From: Amoebophrya sp. A120
Taxonomy: Eukaryota; Protista; Dinoflagellata
Assembly (NCBI GenBank): GCA_905178155.1
Contig: CAJINV010000001.1
Coordinates: 12,383,832 to 12,447,831 of the forward strand
Length of the DNA stretch: 64,000 nucleotides
Direction: 5' to 3'
Below the pieces are notes generated by a model. The model had not been told where the DNA came from. It did no database searches and saw only the letters and a program-made list of their open reading frames with translations. Below, in pieces: positions 45,759 through 58,235 of the stretch; the first letter of the stretch is position 1, and each line of letters starts with the position of its first letter. Made by a program: the position numbers and the translations under genes.

Positions 45759-47964
45759 TCACAGGTACCCCTCTCGCAGCCAGCGGTGCTTGCAGTGGTT
45801 GCGCATGATGGAAAGCAGCGTGTGCCGCTTCGTGGAGTCGACGACCTGAAACGCGAGCAGCGTACTGGGTGACGACCGGACACTTTGGAGCTTCCTGGAT
45901 ATTACCGAGTCGAAGATCTGGCCGCGCAAGCGACGCTGGCGCGTTAGATCCTTCTCGTCCTCCTCCCCGCTGCCGTCGTTGCAAAGCAGTGCCACGTATG
46001 CACTGCAAATATGATGTCTAGGTCTGGAAGAGTGTCTCTTGCAGGTTTTCCATGACCCTTGAGGTCCGGAATGCGGGACCTAGCATGACAGAGTCTGTGA
46101 GGTCTCTGCCATGCCTATGCTGCATGAGAAACTCCCTCCCAGCTTGGTCGAAAGTGGACAGCTTGTGGCACTCATGCAACACAGAGTTTTGCATGATTCG
46201 GATTTAGCATGACAAGTTGCAATCTTCCAGACCCAGACACTTTTGCAATCCATACCACGCGCACCTCGAAAAAGCAGGGGTTGTCCGGTGCCGGCGGCCG
46301 TGCTGGATATTACAGTGAAAAGTGCCCCCCACCCCTCAAATTGCAAAAATTTGTGATGCGGAGTTTCCAAATGAAAACTTTTTGTCATGCATGAAACGAG
46401 TATGAATCTTTCTGATGCGGAGTCTAGGCGTGTATCGCATCGCTTGCATGACAAGCGCCGCTCTTGCTGGGGTCTTTTGCAATACAAATTTTCGCTATTC
46501 ACGGTTGGAAACCTGTGATGCTGATAGGTGCAAGAGGGCGAATGTTTCATTTGGAAAGGTTTGCAATACAAATGCTTTCAAGTTCGGGGGTGGGGGGATT
46601 TTTCCTTTTGATACTGGATTGGCGTTGTTGCGAGGACTTCTCCCAGTAGCTGTGGTGGACGAAGAATTTGTACTACTTCTCAACTTCGCCCTCTCTTTTT
46701 CCGGCACCCGCACGTCGCAGGAGAGCAGAATTGCATTTCCAACCAAATCGATTGTCGACACGTAATTTCCAAACCGGACCTTCTCCTCCAGTAAGGGCTC
46801 CAGCACAGGCTGGTTTGCACTTTTTTGATCTGCAGAACTGCTCGTTGCTGCTTCCTGTTGAGACGATGAATCTCCGAGATCTAGCTCCACAGTGTACTCT
46901 TCCTCTGTGTCCAAGGTTTTGCACGCGGTTTCATAGAGCTCCCGCAGCGTGCTGCCACAAGCCGCCCAAGGCCCACTGCGCGGATCCAGCGACGCGACAC
47001 TGTTGCCTTCGGAAAGGGAAGCGAGAAAGCTAGCGAATTTCGACACTCGCACCGCTGTGATTGTCGGTTTCGTGGTACAACTACCGGAGCATGCGCTTTT
47101 ACTCGAAATCTCTTGCTGCGGGGGTGAAAGGCGCTGCTTATTTGAAAATCCAGCGAGATGTGACGCAGTGTGTAGTCCTGGCTCACCCTCGCACAGGCTG
47201 CTCGCTTTCTTCAAGCGACCAGACTGCAACCCGTCCTTGTCAGCAACGGTAGGCCCCGCAGAATCAGCATCGTCGACCACGGGGTCGTGTGCCAAGCTGA
47301 AGATCTCTGAGTGAGCATTGTTCGTGAGCAGGACGTAGGCCGGTCGGTGCTCCTTAAACTCTGTCTCGATGAATTCGTCGTAACCATTGCGTAATGGTAA
47401 GTGTTCCACATCATCTAGATCTTCTTCAGCCCCCTCTTCTCGCGGACTCGCCCCATCTTCAGGGTTTGTGCAAAAGGAAGTGGATGCGGACAAGGATCCT
47501 CGGCTGCTGGGCGCCGTGGTTGGCGATAGCGCGCAGTCCGCGAGCTTGCACTGCTCGTCGTGGAGGATGGTCCCGCACGGAAGCATGAATCGCAGGTCCG
47601 TGCCACGCACGTGCAAGTCCTGTCGCAACTCGCCCAACGTGGCGTCCGGCCGCGCCCTGCAGAGAAGTGTTCCTCCCGGAGACACGATGGGGACTGCATC
47701 TACTTCGTAGTTGAGGTGAAACTTATGCTGATCATCCCCGTCGGAGGCCTGATGGAGATCCGGGACATCGTCCAGGGGCTTCGGAATCTCGCGAGCAGTG
47801 CCGGCCCTGCTGGAGGAGGGCTCCCCCTGCGGCACAGTTGCACGGGCGGACAATAGCGCAATGCGGACGGACTCCACGGTTGTCGCGCTTGTAGAGATAA
47901 GGACGAAGAGTTTGAAAACCTTCCGCGCAAGGTAACCGGCATGCTGTTGCCGCAACGCCGCCAT
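45759..47964 (-). CDS. Hypothetical protein with two introners flanking a micro-exon
   Basis: ORF 46495-47964 joins a short exon and ORF 45759-45995 in frame after removing both elements: NANPARPPAPDNPCFFEVRVALLCNDG. Confidence 0.75.
45997..46254. mobile_element. Introner A4 (258 bp)
   Basis: TATGCACTGCAAATATGATGTCTAGGTCTGGAAG ... CTTCCAGACCCAGACACTTTTGCAATCCATA; direct repeat CCACG at 45992-45996 and 46255-46259; interior similar to 57490-57751. Confidence 0.92.
46308..46613. mobile_element. Introner B5 (306 bp)
   Basis: TATTACAGTGAAAAGTGCCCCCCACCCC ... GGGGGTGGGGGGATTTTTCCTTTTGATA; direct repeat CTGGA at 46303-46307 and 46614-46618. Confidence 0.93.
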
Positions 47965-48485
47965 TGTTGCACTCGCAAAGTGTAGTCGTCACAACATAGG
48001 TGATGAAGCATGGAAAATCATAAGTGAGAACGTATTCAAGTGAAATAGCGTTCAAGTTTAAGTTTCGCAGACAAGAAAAACACCCAGAGCTTTATCATTA
48101 TGTACGCAGCAATTTCAGGACGTTCTGAAGCGGCATCAAGACCACCTCTTTTTCGGTGTCCTACGACGGCGGAAAAATTGTGTTTTAGTGTTGCGGCGAG
48201 ATAAAACTCGATAAACAAGTTGCTTGTTTTTACTCTAGCCGATCCAACGCTGGACGACCGCGACGTGTATCTGAGGGCAACGAACCGCGAGCGAGATCAA
48301 GAAGGCGTCGTCGCGAGAACACCAGCAACACCCCTGTAGCTCTACATACGCACAGGAAAATCTGGTCGTCCCATCGTTTCATGCACAGCGAAACGGTACT
48401 CGAGGAGGAAAAAAAATATGTTAGTTTGGAGAAAAAAAATATTGTGCTTGCAGCCATTTTTTCCCGACTACAACGACCAGCCTGT

Positions 48486-50963
48486 TCAAGAACCCTTTCC
48501 GTCTTTGATGCGTTCCGTCAATCGGTCAAGCTTCGCCCGCAGTCCTTTATTCGCGAGGAGCAGCTCGGTGCGGGTTGCCAGCAACGACGTGTCGGCGAGA
48601 CAAGCCGGATCTTCGTCGTCCGTTTCCTCCTGGCGCTTCTCCTCCGCTTCGACACGCTGGCGCTGTAAGTCCAGCGGGAGCTCCGCAAACTCATCCTCGG
48701 TCAACGCAGTGGGGCGATCTGAAAAGCCAGTTTCATCTCTGGTGAGAAAGCAGCAAGCTGCGAGGGAGTGGGAGCTTCGTACACGTACTTACAACAAAAT
48801 TCTTTTCATGGAACAAGCCCAAGAGAAACAAAACTACCAGAAGTTGTATTTCCAGTAACATCAAGATGCCACCGAGACGCAATGAATTATTTGATGTTGA
48901 TGTTCCGTTGTACCTGCCAAGGTTGCAATTTTCAGCGCGGTGTCTCGCAGTCGCTGCTCCTCCTGCTCGGTGGTCTGCCTCTGACTGTCTCGCCGCTTCG
49001 CTTCCTCAATGACCTTCTCGGATTTTTCCAGCATGGGCGCTTCGGCGGAGGCAATCGCCGATTTCGACCTCCTGACCGCCTGCGCAACCAACGCCTTCCC
49101 TTGCTCCGCGCGCTTTGACAGCACGTCCGCAAAATGCGGCGCATCCTGGATGGTCCTGTCGGTTGGAGTTACGTTGGAAGGTGACTTGCGCTCTCGAGGC
49201 GAGGTTTTTTGTTTGCGCGCGGCCGCTTTCGCATCGTCCCCGGGAACTGCTGTTGGTTTTGCTTTTTCACCTTCCGACGCGGCTGTCGGGGGCTGCGCTA
49301 AATTATCCGGTGTCGCGAGTACACTCTGCGACAAACGCTTTGCGAATTCTTCCAACGACAAAGGCTTCTTTCTCTTCACCGCCGGTGCAACTGGATCACG
49401 CCCTTGTGCTTCCATACCGCTGTGAGTTTGCGCTACCTCGTCCTCTCCGCTATCGATTCCGTTTCTGGGCACTCCCGGCAGAGAATCCTCGTCGTCGGAA
49501 GCAGACTCTCCAGTGCCGATTCTAGCATTCGTCCGGTCATCGAACTGTTTCGCAAATTTATCAAACTCGTCGACACTCTCCGACCACCACGCATGGTTCA
49601 ACATCTCCCCGTCAGCAAGATGCTTTTGCGCGACATCAGCACTTGCTCTCTCTCCTGGCTCCTCTTCCGCCCTCGCATGATACGTCTTCGCCAGCTCTTT
49701 CATCTCATTCCCCAGCTCCTGCTTCCGGAAAAACTCCCGCAGCTTCTTCTTGTGAATCAGGTCCTCCTTGTGCAGAACCTGTTTTCCCAGCGCGACCATG
49801 TTCGCAAAAGATGTTGGTGGCTGCTGCTCCCGCTCGCTGAATTCACTCATGCTGCTTTCGGCGCTGTCAAAGGTACGAGTGTTGTCCGCCTGGTCAATAC
49901 TGCTAGTAGAAGTACTAGTTGATATTTTCTCATCCTCCTGCACCCCTTCGGCTCCAGCGAGCGCTCTTTCCAAAATTCGTTGCGCTCGACTCATGTCGTC
50001 ACCGGAATTCTTTGAGGAGAAATGCGCTTCCTGCAAGAAGGAAAATGGTTCATTTTCCCGAACAGACTCTACTCCTTGTGCTTTTCCTTTCCCCGCTGGG
50101 GTTGGGGTAGATTTTTTGGCATTTTCGTCAATGACCTTGAGCAACTTCAAATTTTCCCGTGCGACCTCGCGGTTCTGCTTAGACCAGAAGTCCACCAGCG
50201 CCGTCTGCGGAAGTACATTTTGCTGTGCCGAAGGGCACGTCCGGTACAGCAGCTGTTGGTGACGCAGACCCCAGAAAGCCCGCTGAAAATCCACTGCCGT
50301 GACCCGCTGCTGGTGGTCCACCGCCCCACCTGCTTTCATCTCCTTCAGCAGCTTCTTTTGCCCGGGTGCTGCTCCCGCAGATCCTTTGCCTTTCACTCCC
50401 GTGGCAGTAGTGGCTGTCTTTTCCATCATTCTGGGTTGCAGCAGTGCAGCCTTCCGTCCGTCACGCGCACTGCCGGCGCACAGACGCGAAGCAATTTCGT
50501 CCACCGAGAAGTCCCGCAGCAGCAGTTCTTCCTGACGAGAAGACAATCGCTGTTCATCTTGTTGACCCGTGCTTTCAACTCCGATTTTCCGTAAACGCGC
50601 TACTGTTGCGTCGCGGCATTCCTGCGCTGACATAGACCGCACGCCCTGGTCTTGTCCGTATTCCCCCTGGTTGTAGACGCGGAGCAACAAGGAGCGCATC
50701 CGGGAGGACAGCGATACCTGCTGTTTCTTCGCATTCTTACTATCCCCCCGTTGTACTGACGCGGAAGCCACCGCGTTCCAGAAGGCAGCACCCTCATCGC
50801 GACCGACTTTTGCGTCACTCGCCTCTGCAGCTGCGGGCGAAAAGAGCAGGATCTTCGCGACGGAAAAAAAAGAAAACCAAAACCGGCAAGAACGCCCCAC
50901 CCCCGGCGACCACAATTCTCGCCGAGGGGCGACCATGCCACCCGAAATGGGTCTTTCGCTCAC
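48486..50963 (-). CDS. Hypothetical protein with an N-terminal hydrophobic (signal-like) segment and C-terminal coiled coil; one canonical intron (~48719-48913)
   Basis: The 700-aa ORF joins the 72-aa ORF through GCA G|GTACAA ... TTTTCAG|AT. Confidence 0.65.
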
Positions 50964-51721
50964 CCCCTCTGGCGCTGGTCGTGCTCCTCTCCACGACCTA
51001 CGATTAATTTTTCATCGAGAAAGAAAACAAGGTCAAAAGACAAATGATCAAAAAAGTGGAGATCTCTCAATTGGCAAAGTTTACTCATTCTGATCTGATC
51101 GGTCGGTCGGGAAAACGAAAACCTTCCGGAGGCACCGGGAACAACAAAAATAGTTATGCCTCGATTCAAAACTGATGCATTTCCCATGCAAAGCAATGGC
51201 AGCACGAGCCTAATACTTATATTTTTTCGATTGCAGCAAAATCAGAAAACCGTGCAAAAGATCAAAAGCAAACGCGAGTCATCATATATGAGTGTGGAGG
51301 TCTTGTATTCGTCCTCTTCACAAACATTCTTTCAATCAGCCCACAGTTAATATCACAAGAAAAATCATAATACTGATAAGCATGCACGCACTGTCATTCT
51401 GTCATATCCCTTGCCTTCGTAGTCGTATGTAGAAGAACTCTATTCTGTCATTAATTTGTTTTTTGTCATGAATCTATCCAAAACCGGGAATCTAACTCAT
51501 CAAAAATGCTGTCTTGTGTCATACGCATGATTTCAATCAATTTCAATAGTGCTCCAAGTTCTGACGCCAATAGGTCGATAGGAGAGCAGACGGAGACGCT
51601 CGCTTCAACAGTAGCGTAACTAGTACATCCTACTTGTCTACTTCTGCGGACGTCTTTCGACTGTCTTCCTCGAGTAAAAAAGCCGCGGTAGGAATAATCT
51701 CCGGTATGGACGCGTCGCTTC

Positions 51722-54700
51722 CTAATATTTTTTTTTCTGCGGCTTTATTTCCCCTGACGCTCGCAGCAGCGATACTTTGTCTTTCTTTCTTCGCTTGAGC
51801 TCCCCTTCGCCGCATCGGTGGCAGTAGTTGCAGGAGTCCGGAAAGTCACAACTTCTTGGCTTCCAGAACCAAGCGCAAGGCGAGCATCCTCTGCCGTGTA
51901 TCTTGTGTAAAAACGTCCCCACACCAGAGTCAAGATGAGGATCTCGCAACACAAATCGAGAAGTTTTGGGGGTCCAGCATGACAAGTTCGTCTAGGTATT
52001 GTAGTGCAGTTTAGCAAGCACAGCAGCAACACAAATCCATCTACTCATCCTGTCGACAGCATTGCAAAGCGCAAAACGTGAATGGAAATGCCTCTCATGT
52101 GTATGCGCATTACAAATCTTCCTGTAGCTGCAAATCTGCATGACAACTCTGGGGTGGGTACATTTTTACTCAGGATACCGTGAAAGATGGAGCCGCTGTT
52201 CATCGGCAGATTCGGCGTGGAAGCTGGCTGCTCCGCCGCTTGGGTCGACCACCCTGGCTCGGAAAAAATGGTGCTCGCAGAGGACGCTCCGGGGACAAAG
52301 CAGAGAGCGGAATCAGACAACTCCGAAGACAATCCACTGTCCTTGCGAGCCATCAGGCAACGATCTGCAGGATCAGCTACGGGTGGAGTGAGGTCCTCGG
52401 CAGGCGGCGCGGCGTCAGGCGCATCTGGTTTCTCCTGTTCGTCCAAGAGCTGCATCAGAAGTTGATGCTGCGTCTTGGGTGTCAGGACACTGCTTTCTGC
52501 GTTTTGAACCTCGGGCCTCCAAGCTTTCCGCTCGATCTCCTCTTTCGAGAGCTTGGTCCAGCACCTGCTACTCGAACTTCCTACTTTAGTGCTAGTTCTC
52601 GTCGTCCCGTCCGGAGGAACCTCTCCATCGCACTCATGCGCCGCACGACAATCATCGGTTTCGTGCGAACGGTTCCAGCCGTGCGTATTGCACCACTTTT
52701 TTTGCTTCTCCAGGAGGGCTGCGTTAAGCACCGCATCGCCGGACTTTGTGACAGGAACCCAAGAATTCCAATCCTTCTCGAAGGACTCGAAGACGGACAG
52801 AGACTGGTCGTCTTTGGTCTTCACAGAGATCAAACCTCTATCCGCATTCGCACCGGCCAAATTTCGTACCTCGGTAGTACCGCTACCACTTCCAGAATTA
52901 ATATCATGTTGCTGCGGGAGCAAGCTTCGACACTGTTTTTTGCTCTGCATCAGAGCGTTGCACGTGCGCAGCTGGTTCTCAAGCATGTACTTGAAGCACA
53001 AAAGGCTCTGTTCCTCATGAAACTTGGCTTGCTGTTGTAGTTGGTCTACTTGCCTCTGTACCTCCTCTGGAGTCGCAGCTCGGAGTCGAACACCATCGGT
53101 CCCGCCGCCGCTATGGTTCGTTATCTGGCTCTGCTCCATGGGAAAAAGCTCCCGTCCATCGTACGTCATCACTAGGTGCGACGAGGCCGGATCGCTCATC
53201 TCCTTTGCGCGCGTTCTGCTGTCTAAGCACGAGAGCTGGTCGTGTGAGGGAACGGCGTGCCCGCAGGCTGCTGGTCCCTGTTCCTTCCTCTCGTGAGTGT
53301 GAGACGTGGTGGGCCGCGCAGTGTTGCAGGTCTTTTTAGTTCCAGTGTCGCTGCCTTCTGCTGGTACGTCCCCAGTATCTGGCTGATTGGCTACTTCCGC
53401 GGCGCGTTTTTGCAGCGAGGCATCTTCCGCGACAGCTAGCTCCTCTTTCATGTCCACGTCTTCTAGCGTTCCGCCTTCCAAAGGCTCCTCAGCACACGTT
53501 GCAGGGAACGTGCTTTGCAGTTCCTGGCCGAGGCCGGTCGCGGTGAGGTCGTACCAGGATTGATGTTGAAATGCACTCGCTGCGAAAGAACTCGCGTTTG
53601 CGAAAGCTGCGCATGAGTTGTTCCACTCGGCTGACAATGGTGCGCCCCAGCCGTTAGGCAGCCAGGCGTTGTTTAGGGCGGCGGCCGCGTATCCAATGCG
53701 CATGCTGTTTTCCAGAACCTCCTGCGCCTGAGCATTCGGAAGGCTGCATTCTGCGGAATTACCTTGCAGAATCCAGGGTTGCATCGCGGCCGCGGCGGCG
53801 AGAAGGTGCGGATCCGAATATGTTGCTGGAGAAGCAGAACTACACGCCAGTTTGTCCTGATCTGGTTGTCCGGACAGGTCATCTGCATTCGCAAAGGAAG
53901 ACGTGCGGGTGCGGCCCCCTTGCCATTCTCCATCATCGTGTTCATCCCACGCTTTGTCCGTGTTTTTCTTCTTGCCGTTCTTGCGACCTTTCCACGTGGA
54001 TTTATGCGCGCCTGGTTCATCCCAATACCGGCCAGAAGTATAAGGAGCACTCCATTCCGCTTGTTCCCACCAGCTGTTTGAGGCGCCGAACGCGCGAGTG
54101 TTATCTGCGTAGTGCGTTTTTGGGTCTATTGCGCAGTGGCTAGCATGCACTCTATGAGAGAGTAGGAAAAGGAATTCAAAAAGGAGAATGTACTTCTTAA
54201 GTAGGCACAATAAACGCGACTTTGCGCTTCCTCGGTAACCAAAGCATGGTCGAAAAGTATCCGAAACAAACGGACCTAAAAATACCTTGCGCGACATTGA
54301 CATTCTGAGTCTTATCTTTCACTGGTACTTGTTTCGGTTTGCTTTTTTGTTTTTCCTTTTCCTCTTCCCGCGCCCACATTGCGTCCCAACTTAACTGCGC
54401 ATCGCTCGCAGTCCATGCTGGTTCAGCCCCGGTCAATCTTGGTGCTGCTGGAGCTGGTTTAAGAAAACTATTGTTTGCGCCCTTCGCTTTTTGATATGCC
54501 TGCTGCTCTCGTCTCATCTTATCTTTCTGCGATCTCAGAAGAGGATTTAAAATTGGTGCCGTCTTCTTTCCAACTCCGTCGTGCCTTCTAGAAGCCCGCC
54601 CTGTTATTGCGGCCGGCCCACTTTTTACGCGTTTCACGGCGTCGCGGTGAGCATCAGAATCTGATCCCGTTGCCGCCTCTTCCTTCCCCGAGCTTAGGCC

Positions 54701-55060
54701 GCTCGCGGTCGCCGCTCTGTGCACTACCGGCAAAAAGAAATCCTCGTCGTCTGACGCGTCTGCCCAAATTTGAACCCGGTTTTGGCCCTGCAAAGGTGTC
54801 CCCACTGACGCGAACGTCGAGTATGCAGGTGATACGGGTGTCGCGCCGTCGTCCTCCAGCGGCGCTACCGGCGAAAGCCCTTTCTTTATCGAAACACATG
54901 GTATCGGCTCGTGAAACAGTACCAAAACTGTGGAAAGCAAAATGTTGATGTTGCTTACCAAAATAGAAGATCCAGCCTCCGCTCGAGAGCTGCGTCTCGT
55001 CGAAGATGGAGCGCTTTGTAGTAGTACCATACTGTTCCTACTGCGTCTACAGTGCGACAT
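51722..55060 (-). CDS. C3H-type zinc-finger protein (finger of a type common in dinoflagellates); one canonical intron (54126-54285) and one introner
   Basis: Introner removal restores NSGSIFHGRGCSPCAWFWKPRSCDFPDSCNYCHRCGEGELKRRKKDK. Confidence 0.8.
51899..52177. mobile_element. Introner B6 (279 bp)
   Basis: TATCTTGTGTAAAAACGTCCCCACACCAGAGT ... ACTCTGGGGTGGGTACATTTTTACTCAGGATA; direct repeat CCGTG at 51894-51898 and 52178-52182; interior is a reverse-complement homologue of 14087-14365. Confidence 0.93.
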
Positions 55061-56370
55061 ACGCAGCTACTTCTTCTTTGAGTCGTTCAAAGTCAAACAC
55101 GAAACAAGAGCGTTCTTACTGCACTACCTCCAAAAGTCTTTTTCACAAACTACATACATTCAGATTCAATTTTTCCAAAAACAAAGAGACGAATTATGCA
55201 ATCACTGATTTCAGGCAATCATTGCCATTGGTCAATCCGGATGAGAATGAGTCGAAGTGAAGCAGCAAAATCAATAAATCATGCAAGATGCGCTGTTGCA
55301 ACGCTATTGAATGTGCAGGTCGACAGAGAGTACCAAAAATGCAGGCGATCTTGGTAGAGAAAAAACGCTGCCACTCCAAAACGAAGGGTGGGAAAACGGG
55401 AAGATCTTCCTGCTGCTGTTCCGACTGCATAGTCTATGTGAGATCGACGACGAGCTGAATGATCTGTCGTAAGATATGAATGGAGCAAGAAATAAGGCCG
55501 TAAGTAAGTTAAAAATTGCTGTAGCTTTTCTGATCTTGCGCCAAAAACGAGTAAGTACACAGATAGATCTTCTCTGTTGCTGGATAAGTATCCTCGGGGC
55601 CTTGGGACTGGCGAATTGAAATCGAAAAGACCCAGCGCAACAAGCATAATGGGTCAGAAGATGAACGCAATAGTGCTTAGAACAGATCTGCAATCAAAGA
55701 ATCGACTGTAGTAAACAATGTCGTTATCGAAAGTCTCGGCAGCTTTATCCTCGCATGTCAAAAGAAGTTCGTGTTCGTTCCCTAGTGGGCGGATACGCAT
55801 GGCATGATCCGATGAACGTAAGAAAGCCTTTATCACAGGTAAGTAGCAATGGGCTGAAAGGAAAAGCAAAGCACTCTCCCTTTCGTCGTGAATCGCGGCA
55901 GCACGAGGGTACCGAACCTGTTCGGATTTCTCTTTCTGCGTAGAATCAGACGAGTGCAAGGATATAAAAACCTTCTGAATAAAAATTGATCTTGCGTGCC
56001 CTGCGATATGACAAAAAGCGATTCCAGTTCTTGAAAAAATCGTGACATCGCTGAAAAAACCTGTGTGATGACTGCGCTAGATTTAGTTTTTCGGGTGAAA
56101 TCGAATGACAGATGCGATCGTGCTCCTGACAACTGTCAGCCGGTATTTTGTCATTCGAAATCGAAAATCGAAATCGAAAACAAATCCAATTACAATATAA
56201 TTACCGTGTAGTACCTATTCATCGCGCGAAGGAGACAACTTCCGCGTGATCATAATGATGTATTTTCTGATTGATAAGCCTGTTTTCTTGAAAGTAGTCG
56301 GGTGAAACTCAAACTGTCAACAACAAAAAAGGGGTATATCAATATATAATTATGTGCATTTTATATATAA

Positions 56371-58235
56371 TTACGGAAAGTCGTCGTCGCCGAAAACCAT
56401 TTCGTCCTCAGATTCGCTCTCCTGGTCCGGGATCAGGTGTTTTTCGTGCAGAAACTTGTTGGCATGCTGAATGACGTAGTCGCGCATTTTCAAGGCGAAA
56501 ACACCCTTTTCCCCGTCGTTCTTGACGCAGATCTGTGCGTACAGGTCCGTGCTGTCCTCGCGAATCGCTTGTGACGACGCACTGCACATCTTCAGGATGT
56601 ACTCAAGCCTGAGATGAAAAGTTTCGGTCCATTAAACATTGACTCTTGCCATGATATTCTCAACATGAAACTAACTTGAATAATCCCATTCCGGCAACTA
56701 CGGGAGTCTGGTTGTACAATCCTTTAATAGTAAAAAAATGCCTACCAGTCTTTTGCGCTGCACGCGACATGCTCCTCCTGGGGAACGTAGGTGACGATGC
56801 ACAAGTTGTTGTCGTCTGCCATCGACATGACGGTCTTGCCAATCTTGCCAGAGCCACCCTTGCGTTCTTCCTCGCTCGGGTCGGACTTAGCATTCATCGC
56901 CTTCACACTTTCGACCTGGACAAGAGTTTTTTCGTGTCACGCAAACAAAAATGGTCTTCATCTTCCACCCTTCGTCACACCATGCGCAAATATCCTTCCA
57001 AAAACTGAAAAGGCCAACTTGTCCCGAACTCTACTTTGCTCGGTGGAAACACGTTATATATTGGACTTTCATAAGTACCAGCATATCCAAATCTCCAGCG
57101 GGCTCGAGGACTTTTGTGCAGAAGTACTTCAAGCCACCCATATCCGCGGCTCCTTCGATCTCGACACCGCGCTTGCCTGTGGTAGGAAAAGGCACTTGAA
57201 AAAATGATTACGAGCTTTGAATTTATCGAGAGTGAGATCATGAGAAGTAAAAAAAAGGTTGGGGAAAAAATGTCCTCCGTCGCGAGGACAAATGCAGTAT
57301 CCGGTGGTACTAGCAGGCCTCGGAGCTGTGCCTGCGTACCATAGTGTACTCATTTCTGATACCAACTACTTATCATCTTCTCATCGGGTGATTCATCAAT
57401 TAATCCTTCTTACCTCCCTCCTTGAGGACTTTCTTCATCTTCTTTTCGAGCTTGTCGGTAGTCAAGCGCTCCGGACAGGCTGGTGGTTCTATCAAATGTA
57501 AAAATGTCTGGGTCTGGAAGAATGCAAGATTTGTGATGCAGGTTTTCCATGACCCATGAGGTCTGGAATGCGAGACCCAGCATGACAGATTCTTTGAGGT
57601 CTCTATCATGCCTTTGCTGCATCAGAAACTCCCTCTCAACTTGGTCAAAAGGGGACAGCTTTTGGCACTCATGCAAGACAGATTTCTGCATGATTCGGAT
57701 TTAGCATGACAAGTTGCAATCTTCCAGACCCAGACATTTTTGCATTTTATAGGTTCGATGGTCTTACCAGTCTTTTTCGGGGCCACGTAGTCTGGGTTGC
57801 GCTTCACGGACAAAAGCAAATGCGGGCGCTTGCCGTAGTCCAGTTGTGTGTAGGCCGTCTCGACTTTGGTCAGGGAGGCAACCTGAATTGTTTTTCATTC
57901 AATGTCGATCTGGGTTTTGGCGCTTCTAACGCAAAAAGAAAACTAGTGATCAACACATTTGATATTTTTTCAAATTCATATGCAGCTGTGATCGGAGAAC
58001 TACTACAAACCTTGTTCTTCTCGAGAAGGCCGACCACAGTTGCGGCGGCCGGGATAGCAGCACCGAGAGCGGAGATGACAACTTCATCGAAGATTTTTTT
58101 CTCTACTCCGTCCTTCCCCGTAATCCCCTGAAGGAAGTTCGTGGCTGCGCGCACATAGAACGAGGCGTTGTGTGCCTTGGAGATCCGGACCACATTGTCG
58201 GTCTTCTCGGTCTGCTTTTTCGTTTCGGTCGTCAT
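56371..58235 (-). CDS. Alba-domain protein fused to an uncharacterised domain. Exons ~58235-58011, 57882-57752, 57484-57414, 57176-57079, 56915-56746, 56608-56371
   Basis: Alba: VRISKAHNASFYV...EVVISALGAAIPAAATVVGLLEKNKVASLTKVETAY. Four phase-compatible GT-AG introns plus one introner give KKVLKEGGKRGVEIEGAADMGGLKYFCT...AMNAKSDPSEEERKGGSGKIGK...EMVFGDDDFP. Confidence 0.82.
57490..57751. mobile_element. Introner A5 (262 bp)
   Basis: TATCAAATGTAAAAATGTCTGGGTCTGGAAG ... CTTCCAGACCCAGACATTTTTGCATTTTATA; direct repeat GGTTC at 57485-57489 and 57752-57756; restores KTIEPPACPE. Confidence 0.93.

Noticed and set aside
48445-48470. Dinoflagellate spliced-leader relic (AGCCATTTT)
   Set aside because: Only a 9-nt match; the rest of the leader is absent
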